Shown piece after piece: positions 13,960 to 26,124 of a stretch of 64,000 nucleotides of DNA. How positions within the stretch are numbered: the stretch's first letter is position 1; each line of letters starts with the position of its first letter. The notes below the pieces were generated by a model, which searched no databases, was not told the DNA's origin, and saw only the letters and a list, made by a program, of their open reading frames with translations. The translations under genes and the position numbers were made by a program. Source of the stretch: the human T2T-CHM13v2.0 reference genome, Homo sapiens; NCBI RefSeq assembly GCF_009914755.1, contig NC_060926.1; one strand, given 5' to 3'.

Positions 13960-15200
13960 AGTGTTGAAAAAATTGTCATTACACTTAAAGAAAGATAAAG
14001 TTAGACTTCTTTCATATAATGCAAAAATAATGCCCTAATGAAATTAGAGTTGTCCTTCTATATCTGTGGAGAATTGCTTTCCAAACCATCAAAGATACAA
14101 GACCCGCAGATGCTCAAGTTGCTGAAATAAAGTGGCATAGTATTTGCATATAACCCAGGGACATTCTCCTATATACTTGAAGTCATGTATTACATACAAA
14201 ACCTAACACAATGTAAATGCTATGTCAATAGATATTATACTGTATTTTTATTTGTATTTTTAATTGTTGTATCACTATTTTTATTTTGTAAATTAAAAAA
14301 AATTATTTTATGTATAGTTGGTTGAATCTGCAGATGTGGAACCCAAGGATACAAAGGACTCACCATAAGAAAAAAGTAAAAGAAAATATGGAGCCTATTT
14401 TAGGTAACATTTTGGTAAGACAGGCATTTTTATGCAAGGTATAAAATACAGACATTAAAGAAAAAAATGACAAATATGACCACATAAAAATGTAAATGTT
14501 TCTTATGAAGAAAAACAAATTCAAGATTTAAAAAACAATTTTTCAGTTTTAGAAACATCTTTGTTATATACCTGTGCATACACACAAACACACACACAAA
14601 CACACATACACAATATGATGTGTATCCAAACTATATAAAAAGAAACTCTATATATCAATTAAGGACAAGGAATCACCTAGTAAATTTTAAATAATAATAA
14701 ATAAAGGCTATAAATTGACATATTACAGATGACAAAAACAAATGAAAATTAGTAAGATATTATTTTCATTCTTTAAATTGGTAAAAATTTTCAAAGAATT
14801 ATAATATATAAAGACAGAATGTGAAAAATCAGACCGTATCATGAAGTGTTGCTTTCTGTAAGTAGAATAGGTTTTTAAAGGACATTTTATTTGCATATGT
14901 TGATTTAAAAAATACTTTGGCTCACCAGTTCTATCTCTAGCAACCTCTCCCAGGGGAATATTTACCCATGTGCATGAATATTTGAATACTGTTTTTTGTA
15001 ACATTGTTTGTAATAGTCCACAATTAGAAATACAATGTCATTAAATGAATAATAAAATAAATTATATTACATCCATATTAAAGAACATCATTTATGTATT
15101 AACATATAAATTGTTAAGACATTTAGTGACATGGAAGAATGTCTCATATATAGTATAAATGAAAAAGAAAATGAGCATAGAGCAATTTTTTATATAAAAA
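13960..15200 (+). mobile_element. L1ME-type late ORF2/3' remnant, interrupted by MER2
   Basis: A-rich L1-like blocks (AAAGAAAAAAATGACAAATATGACCACATAAAAATG; CCAGTTCTATCTCTAGCAA; TACATCCATAT). Confidence 0.6.
14047..14363 (+). mobile_element. MER2 (TcMar-Tigger non-autonomous element), near full length
   Basis: Degenerate TIRs (GTTGTCCTTCTATATCTGTGG / CCAAGGATACAAAGGACTCAC) and an internal MER2 block. Confidence 0.85.
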
Positions 15201-16149
15201 GAAAGGAGACATGTATGAGATCACATGTTACCTCTAAGGATACAAAGTAGCTCTTTAAATTCTAGGCTATATGAATTCTTAAATTTATTAAAACAAGACT
15301 ATATGCAGAGCATTCTATTCAATCAATTGCATATGTATATCCTGGAACACTGTTCGCAAAATTAGTCATTCTCAAGTTTGCAATATTTATTCATACTAAT
15401 ATTCACATATTTTTTAAATTGATTCACTTTTATTCTCAAATAAATTTATTGGTAAACATTTATGCCATCACATAAATGAAAGATAAATACAGTATTAAAT
15501 GCAAAAAAGTTATTCAGTTTACAAGAAAATTGTGCAATTAAATACTGTGATACATTATGTAATGCAAACATAATAAATCCAAACTTTTTAAAAAATGAAT
15601 ACCTGAAAATAAATTTCTCAATGAAGAAGAGAGAGATGTTTCTGGTCAGTCATATAAAAGATATATGTAGCTGGACATGTGGGAGTCTATATTCATATGA
15701 CAATTCAGTTTCTTTAGTTTTAGCTAATTAGCACCAAATTAACTTACATTTGGTTGAAAAGGGTAAATTACCTTCTCTGACACTGTTAAATACTGAGATT
15801 TAATTGTTATTCTAAAATAATTGAGTTACCTAATAAACTGTTACTTCTGAAACACTCTACAGAGTCACTTCTTCTGCTGAATATGTTTGTTTATGTGTTT
15901 GCATGGCAATATCCCAAAAGAAGAGAAATAGCAATGTCTACGAGTCACTGTTGCCATCTGACTTGGAGAAACACCCGTGGATACTGTGTATTAAGTCTCC
16001 ATTGTCTTTTCATGATGTTCCAAATTGTTTCAGCTACTATATGAGTTTATAACCAGGTTGGTAAACAATAGTGTTTTAGGTATTTGACTGAATGAGTGAA
16101 TTTCATCAGAAGACTCACTCCCAGGATCTGGGTGCATTAGTGTGATGAA

Positions 16150-16372
16150 CAATTATAATAACCGCTGGCCCTGAGACATCCTATAAAATAGCATGCACAC
16201 ATTATCTCATATAATTCTCACAATCCCTTACATAACTGGAATTCCCATTATACAGTTAGGAATTAGAGGTGCAAAGAGGTAAAATACCCTGCCTGGGATC
16301 ACATAGCAGTGTAATGATAAAAATCAAAATATGAACCTCAAGAATGTTGAATTCCAGAGTGTCCTCTTAACT
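16150..16372 (-). mobile_element. MIR SINE
   Basis: ATTATCTCATATAATTCTCACAA...CCCATTATACAG..AGGAATTAGAGG..AAAGAGGTAAAAT...GATCACATAGC. Confidence 0.7.
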
Positions 16373-16598
16373 TCTAAATTGGAATCAGAGGCTGCAGCTA
16401 CACACCCGGATGTCCTCAGCACAAGCAGTCTCATGTCCCCACCATGGGGCCTTATCTTGGGGAGGGGAGAATCCCTACTCAGGCACCAGGGCCCCTAGAA
16501 TGTGCAGGCAAGGGGATACCTGGCACCACTGTTGAAAGTGCCATAGTCATACCTTAAGTGAGCTGTTGGCCAGGGCCAGCAGGGTGCCTGTGAGGCCA

Positions 16599-16637
16599 AG
16601 CGTGTGTGTATGTGTGTGTGTGTGCGTGCGCGCACGC
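16599..16637. repeat. (TG)n/(CG)n microsatellite
   Basis: GCGTGTGTGTATGTGTGTGTGTGTGCGTGCGCGCACGC. Confidence 0.9.
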
Positions 16638-16887
16638 TAGTTAAATGTCAACATCAGAAGCCTGGAGGCACAGAAGTCACCCATGAGGAGCTGCCCTTCC
16701 TATCTCCTGTTTTCCTTTCCCATCCCTTTCTTCCTCTCAATTCCCAACCTGCACACCCATACAGGCAATCCAACCCTAGCTCTGTCTCTTTTTGCATCCC
16801 AGTTCAATGGAAAATCACCCTGAGATTGCCATGGTAAACACATACTTTCCGAAAGACTAAACAGCATTAAGAACAAAAACATTCTAG

Positions 16888-17182
16888 GGCCAGGCATGGT
16901 GGCTCACGCCTGTAATCCCAGCATTTTGGGAGGCCAAGGCGGGCAGATCACAAGGTCAGGAGTTGGAGACCAGCCTAGCCAACATGGTGAAACCCTGTCT
17001 CTGCTAAAAATTAGCCAGGCATGGTGGTGCCCACCTGTAATCCCAGCTCCTCAGGAGGCTGAGGCAGGAGAATTGCTTGAACCCAGGAGGTGGAGGTTGC
17101 GTGTGCCAAGGTCATGCCACTGCACTCCAGCCTGGGCGACAGAGCAAGACTCCGCCTCAAACAAACAAACAAACAAACAAAC
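16888..17182 (+). mobile_element. AluSg-like with shortened linker and (AAAC)n tail
   Basis: Full Alu dimer; linker reduced to CTAAAAATTAGCC; TSD core CATTCTA on both sides. Confidence 0.93.
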
Positions 17183-18779
17183 CATTCTAATGCCCGGCCT
17201 TCCTGGCAGATGCATGATTTATATATGTTTCCCAAGTGTGTGATTGAGTTTTCTTCATTTATGTTTCAATAATCTCTTCAATCTTCACTGAAATCATCAG
17301 TCCCTGTCAGCAATTAATGTGCTCAGACCTGCCTATGTATATCTGAATTATCCACTTGCACCCTCTGCATTCTGGACTCCAGAATCTGTCTGACGTTCCA
17401 GATGCTAATTGCCATGGTCTAGATCTAGGCAGGACTCTGAGTTGACAATTCGACCTCGCTTCCTCCCTGCGGCATCCACAGTGTGCTCCAGCCCTAACCC
17501 AGACTCCACGTGGAGAAGCAGCCTAATGCTCTGATCTGCTGTTGAATTGTGCCATATGGTCTTTAAAAGGCTTTGTCTTTTTCTTTTTTTCCAAACAGTC
17601 AAGATGAAATTGGCTTCTGGTCAGTAACTCGCTTTCTTTCCCTCCTCTAAGGTAGAGTCGCCAAAAAGGATTTTGTTTTGTTCCATTTTGCCTGCAACGA
17701 TATGGATCGCCAAATAGGACTGCAAATTATCTACATTGTTTTTATGAAGAAAAATATATTTATTTTCCTAGCACTTGGAATCGTTGCTTGCTAAGGCCAG
17801 GGAACCGATGTTGTCCCCTGATTTCTGTCCCCCTCTCACCCTAATTGGAGAGATCTGAGCACACCAGAGGATGTTTGTGGCTAAATTGGGGTATTATGAA
17901 AATAGTTCACAAAGCAAGTGGAAAGCTATATATAAAAGTGATATTTACTTCTCATTTTAAATGAAGCCTAAGACAAAAGGCATATAGGTAAACACAGCTG
18001 CAACATTTTTAGGCATATAATCAAATGCAAAAATAATATTGGAAAACTATGTTAATTATTGTAATTAAATTGTGAACGGTATTGATAGAAAAATATCTTT
18101 AAAACATATAAAATCAAAATGGAGCTTATCACATTATGAGAGTTTGCTCTATTATATATGATGTGCCTAGATGGAGGTGCCATTTAGCAAACTGCCCACA
18201 ACTCCCCAGCAGTAGAGTAGAGGGAAGGAAGGGCTGAGGGACCAGAAAAGAACTCTAGACCTTTGCATAAATCTTAGCCCCAATTCCATGGTCTTGGGGA
18301 ATAAGTTTGCCTGACCAACGTCTGAAAAAGTTGATAGAGAAGAGTCAAAAGGGCCTAGATTTTGGAGTCAAGTTTATCTGTGTTTGAAGCATGGCCCACC
18401 CACCTCTTACCAGGGTGTTTTTAGGATCCACATCCCCAGCTACAGCAGGAGACAAGGGTCTTGAGACCTTTAGAAATCCAAATTCTACTCGGACAACATA
18501 GTTGTCCTGGGCAAAAGGAAATGTGCCATGATCCCAACATTGTTTTCCTACATTGTTACTACATGGCTATGAAGTTTTTAGCCTTACTCCTAAATGTCTG
18601 GGGGTTTAAGGAATGGTTCAGCAAACGTGGCTCCCCCTTAAAGCCCACCATGTCCCCAAAGTCTAGAAGACTCTGTCTTTGGCTGCCTTTAATCTTAGAG
18701 TTCGTTTTCCTCCTGGATACCTGTGTTCAGAAGACACTTTGGCCCCAATAGAGGTGTCTAAAGCAGTGCCTGACTCTTC

Positions 18780-19365
18780 TTCTGGTCTACCACGTTCCTC
18801 TTGAGGATCCTTCTGAGTGCAGAAGAAAACTGGACATCAACCAAGAGGTTAACGGGTGCCATTTCTCCTCGTTACTTTGCATCATCCAAAAAAAAAAAGA
18901 AATGCTTCTTCAAGTTTTCCAGTCAATTGCACTCACAGCAAAGGTTGGTTGAGGAGCCACTCTGGAGCCTTCCCATCTGCTGCTTCATGGAAATGTTTGT
19001 ACAGGATCTGGGCTTCCTGCCGAGCCCCGTTTCCATCATAAGTCGTGTGTTTCCTGTGCATGTTCTCACTCCACACATTAACCCCCTTTTCAGTTTTCAC
19101 TTAAGTCTTATCTCTCACTTGATGAGCAATTTTTTCACTGGCTGGATCATTTGCAACAGTTTCACAAATGTCTTTTTCTCATTTCTGTAGAGAGAAATTG
19201 GTGAACTTGTTCATTCCTCAGATCTCAGCCACTGCTGAATTCATTTCTCTCTTTAGTTTACTCACTTTTATATTCTGGCGAAGAAACCTACGTGCCTTAG
19301 CTTGTCTCACTTTTTCATCATTTTCATCATCTGCACTAGCAGTTGGCCTTTTTTGGGGGGAGAGA
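18780..19365 (-). mobile_element. Tigger/pogo transposase fossil (CENP-B-type HTH region), pseudogenised
   Basis: Minus-strand translation across stops and frameshifts gives PKRPTASADDENDEKVRQ...EKDICETV...VRDKT*VKTEKG.NVWSENMHRKH...GNGARQEAQILYKHF...*LENLKKHF...LDDAK*RGEMAP. This is colinear with the Tigger/TIGD N-terminus. Confidence 0.7.
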
Positions 19366-19639
19366 TGGACAATTATTTCACAGACGAACTAAATTTTTAG
19401 TAATTGAATACAAATAGCTGCATATACAGCAAACAGAGACACTCCGAGCCACCCAGGCGTGAGTCAGCTGTCACAGTAGGGGGGCTCAGTCATGGACCCC
19501 AGCTGCAGGGGACAAGCAGGTACTTACCTTAGCAAATTATCACAGTATTTGCTAAAGGCCTGCTCAGAGCGGCAGAGCAAGATAGATCTGTTGAACTTTA
19601 CACCCTGGGCACCTCCATAGCACATTGGAAGTCACGTAA

Positions 19640-19770
19640 GCCAATCAGCCTCCAATAACCTACCTGTCAATTGAGAATCGTGATGATAATGATGCCTGCT
19701 TCACAGTATTGTGATGATTAAATGAAATAATATTTGTAAAAAAAATGTTTGAAAAAGTGTAGATGCTCTG
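19640..19770 (+). mobile_element. MIR3/MIRc fragment
   Basis: GATAATGATGCCTGCTTCACAGTATTGTGATGATTAAATGAAATAATATTTGTAAA. Confidence 0.6.
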
Positions 19771-19856
19771 TTATTATTTTCTACCGTCTCACAGAAATCC
19801 CATTTAGAATATCCCTCCACTCGGCAACCTGCCAAGGTGAGTTTGTAGTTTAAGGG

Positions 19857-20230
19857 TGATACGGTTTGGCTGTGTCCCTACCCACTTCTCATCTTGAATT
19901 GTATTTCCCATGATCCCCACATGTTGTGGGAGGGACTCAGTGGGAGGTAATTTAATCATGGGGGTGGTTACCCTCACGCTCTTCTTGTGATAGTAAGTGA
20001 GTTCTCACAAGATCTGATGGGTTTATAATGGGCTTTTCCCTGCTTCACTCAGCACTTCTCCCTCATGACACCATGTGAAGAAGGATGTGTTTGCTTTTCC
20101 TTCCACCGTGATTGTAAGTTTCCTGAGGCCTCCTCAGCACTGTGGAACTGTGAGTCAGTTAAACCTTTTCTTTATAAATTACCCAGACTTGGGTACGTCT
20201 TTATTGGCAGCTTGAGAATGGACCAGTAAA
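19857..20230 (+). mobile_element. THE1C-like solo LTR
   Basis: TGATACGGTTTGGCTGTGTCCC start; GGTTACCCTCA and CCATGTGAAGAAGGATGTGTTTGCT blocks; ends with ATAAATTACCCAG. Confidence 0.92.
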
Positions 20231-20329
20231 AAAGGCTAGAACTGAATCTATGTGGAGAAAATGTAGTGGGGAGGGGGTGTACAAACTCTTAGGAAGTAAG
20301 TGTTTTCACAGTCAATAGAATATAAGATA

Positions 20330-20962
20330 GCAACCCTTGTGCTTTGCTGGTAGACATGTAAAATGGTTCAGGTTCTGTACAAAACAGTGTGGCCGTTCCT
20401 CAAGATTTTAACCACAGAGTTACAATAAAATCCAGCAATTCCTCTTCTGAGTGTTTACTCAAAAGAATGCAAAGTGAGGACTTGAACAATATTTGTACTC
20501 CAATGTTCTTAGCAGCTTTATTTACAATAGCCAAAATGTGAAAACAATCCAAATGTCCATTGACAGATGAATGGATAAACAAAATGTGGTAAATACATAT
20601 AATGGGATATTATTCAGCCTTAAAAAGGAAGGAAAATCTGACATGTGCTACCACATGAATGACCCTTGACATTATGTTAAGTGAAACAAGCCAGACACAA
20701 AAGGATAAACATTATATGTGAGGTATCCAGAATAGTCAAATTCATAAAGACAGAAAGCAAAACGGAGGTTACCAGGGGTTGAAGGGAGTGGAAATGAGGA
20801 GTTAGTGTTTGATGGGTACAGAATTTCACTTTGAGAAGATGGAAAATTCTAAATCTGGATGGTGGTGATGGTTACACAGTAATAGCAATGAACTTGACAC
20901 TTAAAAACTGTTAAAATGACAAATTATATGATATCTATATTTTACCAGAATAAAAAATAAAT
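20330..20962 (+). mobile_element. L1MB (L1MB3-like) 3' end
   Basis: GATGAATGGATAAACAAAATGTGGT, GGATGGTGGTGATGGTTACACA, ending ATTTTACCAGAATAAAAAA. Confidence 0.88.
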
Positions 20963-21804
20963 ACAATATTAAAGCTACCTACAACAAACAAATCAATACT
21001 GTCATTCTAAGAATGCTAGGTGAGTAATAATGTGTTTTGCAAATTAATTTCCTTTTATCACTCTTTAGACAGTCTCAATAATCATTTCTGTGGTGTCATT
21101 AAGATGGCTGTGAAATTCACCTAACTTCGTTGTAGATTATAAACAGACTAGAGGTGATTTATTTTGCCTTCATCTGGTCCTTCATCAAAACACTTAATAA
21201 ATGTTTGGTCTTATGTATGAAAATGTCCTTCCTTTTGCACCCTAGGTTATGCCATAACAAGCAAAGATTTGTGGATTTGTGAGACATAAAAATGTTTGTA
21301 AGTATTTTTCACCATTTTCCTAGATTTTACTAGCTTTCTCCATGTAAGCCCATGTTAGAGTGTGGGCCATGAGGTCCCTGTGGGGTGCCCAGCTCTGAGG
21401 AACCCAGCCATGCAGTGCCACATCTAGGCTGCCATCACTCCATCTTTCCTTCCTTCTCTCTCTCAAGACCTCATTGCACAAATCACGTTTTTTAATGTCC
21501 TCCATTCTGTTTGTTTTTTCTCTTGATGACGTCTTCGTCCCTCTTTTTTTGCAATTATTCCCAATACAGATGATGTGCAACTCTAGCCACCAGGAGCCAA
21601 CATTCTTTCAGTGGATAAAAAGGAGTTCCAATACTTTTTCTTACTAAGGAAATGGATTGCAAGGGATGGTGAATTATTAAAATAGTAAGTGTCCAATGAA
21701 TGTTTGTCAATTGAAGTCAAACTGTTCTGAGAAATAATGACAAGGCATCATTCTGAGGTTTAATTGGAGAAGTCTTGTCCCAAACTCCACTCAAACGTGA
21801 AGGA

Positions 21805-21995
21805 AGGGCAGTATAACCCAGCAGTTAAGAGCATTCACTTTGGAAACAGCCATAGTTGGGACAGAATCCAGTCTTTACCACTGACTAACTAAAGGACACT
21901 AAATTTTAGAGTCTTCTTCCTGGGCATAATACTTGTGAAGTGAAATCAGGCTTGCAAAGTGCAAGGTCTATGTTTGTTTTGTACATAGTAGTTAC
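21805..21995 (+). mobile_element. MIR SINE, degraded
   Basis: AAGGGCAGTATAACCCAGCAGTTAAGAGCATTCACTTTGGAAACAG...AGAATCCAGTCTTTACCACTGACTAACT. Confidence 0.65.
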
Positions 21996-23064
21996 TATGC
22001 TTATGATAATAAAATGGAAAAGTATTTTTCTCAGTGTTTTATTACCAGGAATATTTTTACCCTCCATTTTACTCCTTTATAAAGTATGTTTGTGAATTAT
22101 TTAAAAATACATTACTACTAACCTAGATTTTTTGCTTCTAGAGCCTAAAGCTATAATATGTAATTGGTATTCCCGGAGCCCCTCATCCAAAAGAGTTGAG
22201 TGAAGGCCCATGTTGTAGGGTCATACAATTAGTGATTTTATCAGTCTCATCCCAGATTTCTGCCACCTCTGGGTCCAAGCTATTCCCTGAGATATTCTTT
22301 ACTTGCACATCAATGAGTATTAATGGATCCATATTTATGGTCACTACCTGGAGGGAATGGGTCCCTTGAATTACAGATATCAGTTCATAGCCCCCAAAGC
22401 ACCTTCAAGAGGCATCTAAGGCTCCATGAGTATAGTGAATGGAAGGAGCGAGGAGGTATGGTTGGTTTTTCCTATTCTCTTCATCTTTTTAATAATAAGT
22501 GTATATTCAATTAAGTAGGCTCTCATTACTCAATTTGTGCGAGTTCAAGTCTGGGCTAAAGTAAAGTAGAAAAATAATACAAGTCTGATTATCTTTGAAG
22601 AAAGCGATGAGCTTTGCATTCCAGTCAGAGATTTTCAAAGACTGGTCCAGGACTATACAGGTAGTGAAAGTGTGAACTGAGTTGGGAGCATGACTTTTCT
22701 TACTCTTGATCAGGCCCCATCCAGTAGCATCTGCAGATCGGGCCCCATGTGATGAATGTTCAGAGTTCACTGCTGTCTAAGCAGTGTATGGAGGGGGCTG
22801 GAACTTGGTTGGGTGCAATAGGAAAAGAGCTTTATTTTTCCTCCAATTACTGCTTTCAAACACGCTTTGGAGCAGTACCCTTCCTGTTCATGTTTACACT
22901 ATCTTCTGGCCAGTCTCTTCTATGATCTTCTAATTTGGTAATTAGGACTTACTTTAAGGCTTAGAAAAGTCCATTTCACCTGATTCAAATTTTCACCCCA
23001 TTCCCAGTTCAGGCCCGACCCATAGCTAGAGGGCCTTCAGTGCAGAAGGGGATTTGGTCTGCTC

Positions 23065-23535
23065 TTTTTTTTCTTTTTTTTTTTTTTAACTTTTATTTTA
23101 ATTCCAGGGGTAAATGTGCAGAATGTGTTCTACAGATAAATTACGTGCTGTGGGGGTTGGGTGTACAGATTATTTCATCACCCAGGTAATAAGCATGGTA
23201 CCTGATGGTAGTTTTTCTATCCTCACTCTCTTCCCAACTTCCATCCTTAATTAGGTCCTGGTGTCTGTCATTTCCTTCCACGGGTGCTCAATGTACAGCT
23301 CCCACATATAAGTGAGATCACATGGCAATTTAATTTTCTCTTTCCTCATTAGTTCACTTAGAATAATGTCCTCCGGCTCCATCCATGTTGCTGCAAAGGG
23401 CATGATATTCTCTTTCGTGGCTGCATAGTGTTCCATGGTGTATTTGTACCATATTTTCTTTATCCAGTCCACCATTGATGAGCATCTAGATTGATTCCAT
23501 GTCCTTGCTATTGTGAATAGTGCTGTGATATTCAT
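23065..23535 (-). mobile_element. L1PA15/16-like 5'-truncated LINE-1
   Basis: Poly-T, then TACAGATTATTTCATCACCCAGGTAATAAGC. The minus ORF 23251-23535 reproduces the L1 ORF2 C-terminus (ALFTIARTWNQ...WIKKIW...FAATWME). Confidence 0.9.
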
Positions 23536-24072
23536 GTTCTTGACTGGTTTAGTTACCTGCTCTTACTCCTGAGACTAACACCACACAGGTCAGAGTAAAG
23601 TAGAAGATGACCTAAGAAAACATACAGAAGTCTTAACTGGATTGCTTTTGTTATGAGATGTTCACTGAAGTCCTTCTTGTGACTGACATTCCAATACTGG
23701 AGTTTTACTTGGAGGCAGATGTACAAGTTTTTCAGAAGCCATGGGCAACATGAATACTACATGCTTCCCAGAAACACATGGTGAGCTTGTCAACCCCCTT
23801 TTGGTGCCCTCCCTCTCATTGCCAGCTCCTGCACCTGCAACTCCACCCCACAGCCTTGTGATGCTGGCTGCTCTCTTGGTCTTGGTCTCGTCAAAGCATC
23901 CCAAGTTTGGCTACTTTCTTCAGCATCCGCATAGCCCAGGGGAAGCTCCATATCACAGCCAAGGCTACCACGTTCTGCCTCTTCAATATCCATCAGCTTC
24001 TCCCTGCTCAGACTACATGGAGTGGAGGGTGCAGCAGCTGTGCCAGCTGAGCCCTGGTGTATTTGGCCCAAC

Positions 24073-24181
24073 AAGGATAAATCTAGCACCTTCCTCTTTA
24101 AGGGGAGGTGGAGGGATTTAGCTCAAGAAGGATAAATCTAGCACCTCCCTCTCAAAGGGGGAATGGGAGGATTCACTGCTC
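24073..24181. repeat. Diverged 55-bp tandem duplication
   Basis: AAGGATAAATCTAGCACCT begins both units (24073 and 24128); the tails have diverged. Confidence 0.9.
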
Positions 24182-24629
24182 CTTCTCTTTTCAAGCACTT
24201 ATCAAATATATCTAGACCAGTAAAGTTTCATAACATATTTTTAAATATATCAAAATAAGCTTTCTGTGAGTGTGTGTTGAATGGACAAATGAATAAATGA
24301 AGATATTTTCATGGGTGGAGACATCTCCTGTGCCTGTACTCTGTTCTCAAGAAGATCAAAACTTGCTAATGGTAGAAAAAACACGGCATCCTACAGTTCT
24401 TTTAGTCATATGAATGCACACTGACATTAAATTATACCCTATTGAATTGCTTAAATATTCCATTGATATATTTCTTGCTCCCCATTTTGATTATCAATAT
24501 TTTGAAGTTATTTACCCACTTAATACCATGACAAAATTATTGTACTGATAGGCCAAATTAGAAGTATGAAAAGGATAAAATAGCATACAGAGACAGGCTT
24601 GGAGTTCTCGGAGAAGATGGGAAGAGAAA

Positions 24630-24815
24630 GGCCACTGATATGTATTGATCACCTAAGATGGTAACTGCTGTGTGACGTCTCTCTTATCTCTTATAACAAT
24701 ACAGCAAGGTGGCTAAATTACGGTTGCAGAATCCTGGGCTGCAAGAAATCAAATACGTGACTATAAGGATGTGGCTGCCTAATAAGTTGCAGAAGGGTTC
24801 AAATCCATATATGTT
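24630..24815 (-). mobile_element. MIR fragment
   Basis: TGATATGTATTGATCACCTA...TCTCTTATCTCTTATAACAA...GGGTTCAAATCC. Confidence 0.5.
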
Positions 24816-25847
24816 TCAAAAACCCCTTTTGCTTAGTCTTGGCGAGCATTGAGGTGGGAGAAGGTTGTGTTTTTGCATGCTCTGGTGCTAAACTGCTCTT
24901 CTGAATTTCTGTCTCACTGGACTCATTTTCTGATGAGAATAAACAAAATACATATTTTCCCGCTTGACCCTGAGTTATATGAGACAGGGAATATATGTTC
25001 TGTAGATCTCAGCTCCTGGTATTTAGATATTACCTTTGCTAGGCATTCAGTGAATGCCCTGTATCTCTAAATAATTAATACACAGAATTAATAAACAGTA
25101 TATGGTGAAGCTCAGTGATACCCAAGAAAGAGTAGCAAATACGTAAGTGAACACCTTGAATGTGATCCTCTAAAGACAGGTTTCAGGAAATGCCCATATT
25201 TTAAAATTTTTAAAAATTCTGAAATTTGACACCTTTATTCTTTTGTGAAATATACTGGTGCAAAAAAGAGAGAGAGATTTTCATTTGAGAATAGTTTTCC
25301 TTTATAAGACAGGGATGAGCAGATTGTGGCAGCTGAATGGAACATCCTGGCAGACTGCATCAGGAGAATGATAACATGAGAAGCAATGTTTAAAACATTC
25401 CCCTAAAAACCAACTCTCAAAAAAATTTCTTTTAAAAACAATCCCAGAAATGCTGAAATATTTGGAAGATATGAGCAGGAATGAACAACTACCTTCATCT
25501 TATTTAAATCTTTCATTTCCTAATTGTTCCTGGTCTGGCTCATAAAGATCTCTAGATAAAGTTAATTGACTTTAAATAGGAGTGGTAAGCTCTTTTACAA
25601 CTTTTAAAAAATATATCTTTTACGTTCCTGGATAACCTGTAATTTTACAATACTGATCTAGAAACCAGAAGCTGCCACAAATGATGGTGCTAAATCTGTG
25701 CTTGAAATGGTGGGACAGAAATGCAAGGTGACTTTACAAAGGATGGATGATTTGAGTCTCTGTTCCTATATCCATGATTTGACTGTGCAAAAGAAGTCCT
25801 TACTACTTCTCCACCCACCAATTCTGGTGACAGTTAGGGGGTTTGTG

Positions 25848-26028
25848 GCCCTAGCCTACATCATTCTCCCCTGCTGGATGCTTCCTGCTCTTGAACATCG
25901 GACTCCAGGTTCTTCAGTTTTGGGACTCGGACTGGCTCTCCTTGCTCTTCAGCTTGCAGATGGCCTATTGTGGGATCTTGTGAGTTAATACTTATTATGC
26001 TCTATCTATCTATCTATCTATCTATCTG

Positions 26029-26070
<42 letters not shown>

Positions 26071-26124
26071 GTCTATCTACCTATCCTATTAGTTCTGTCC
26101 CTCTAGAGAATTCTGAGTAATACA
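25848..26124 (+). mobile_element. MLT2A (ERVL LTR) 3' part
   Basis: GCTGGATGCTTCCTGCTCTTGAACATCGGACTCCAGGTTCTTCAG...ATCCTATTAGTTCTGTCCCTCTAGAGAA...TAATACA. Confidence 0.88.
26001..26084. repeat. Compound TCTA tetranucleotide STR
   Basis: (TCTA)6 TCTG TTA (TCTA)9 TCTG (TCTA)2 CCTA. Confidence 0.95.

Noticed and set aside
18801-19392. + strand ORFs of 129, 61 and 74 aa
   Set aside because: They lie antisense to the Tigger transposase fossil and have no recognisable protein features.
23251-23535. 94-aa ORF with real protein similarity
   Set aside because: It is the C-terminal remnant of L1 ORF2 in a 5'-truncated copy, not a host gene.
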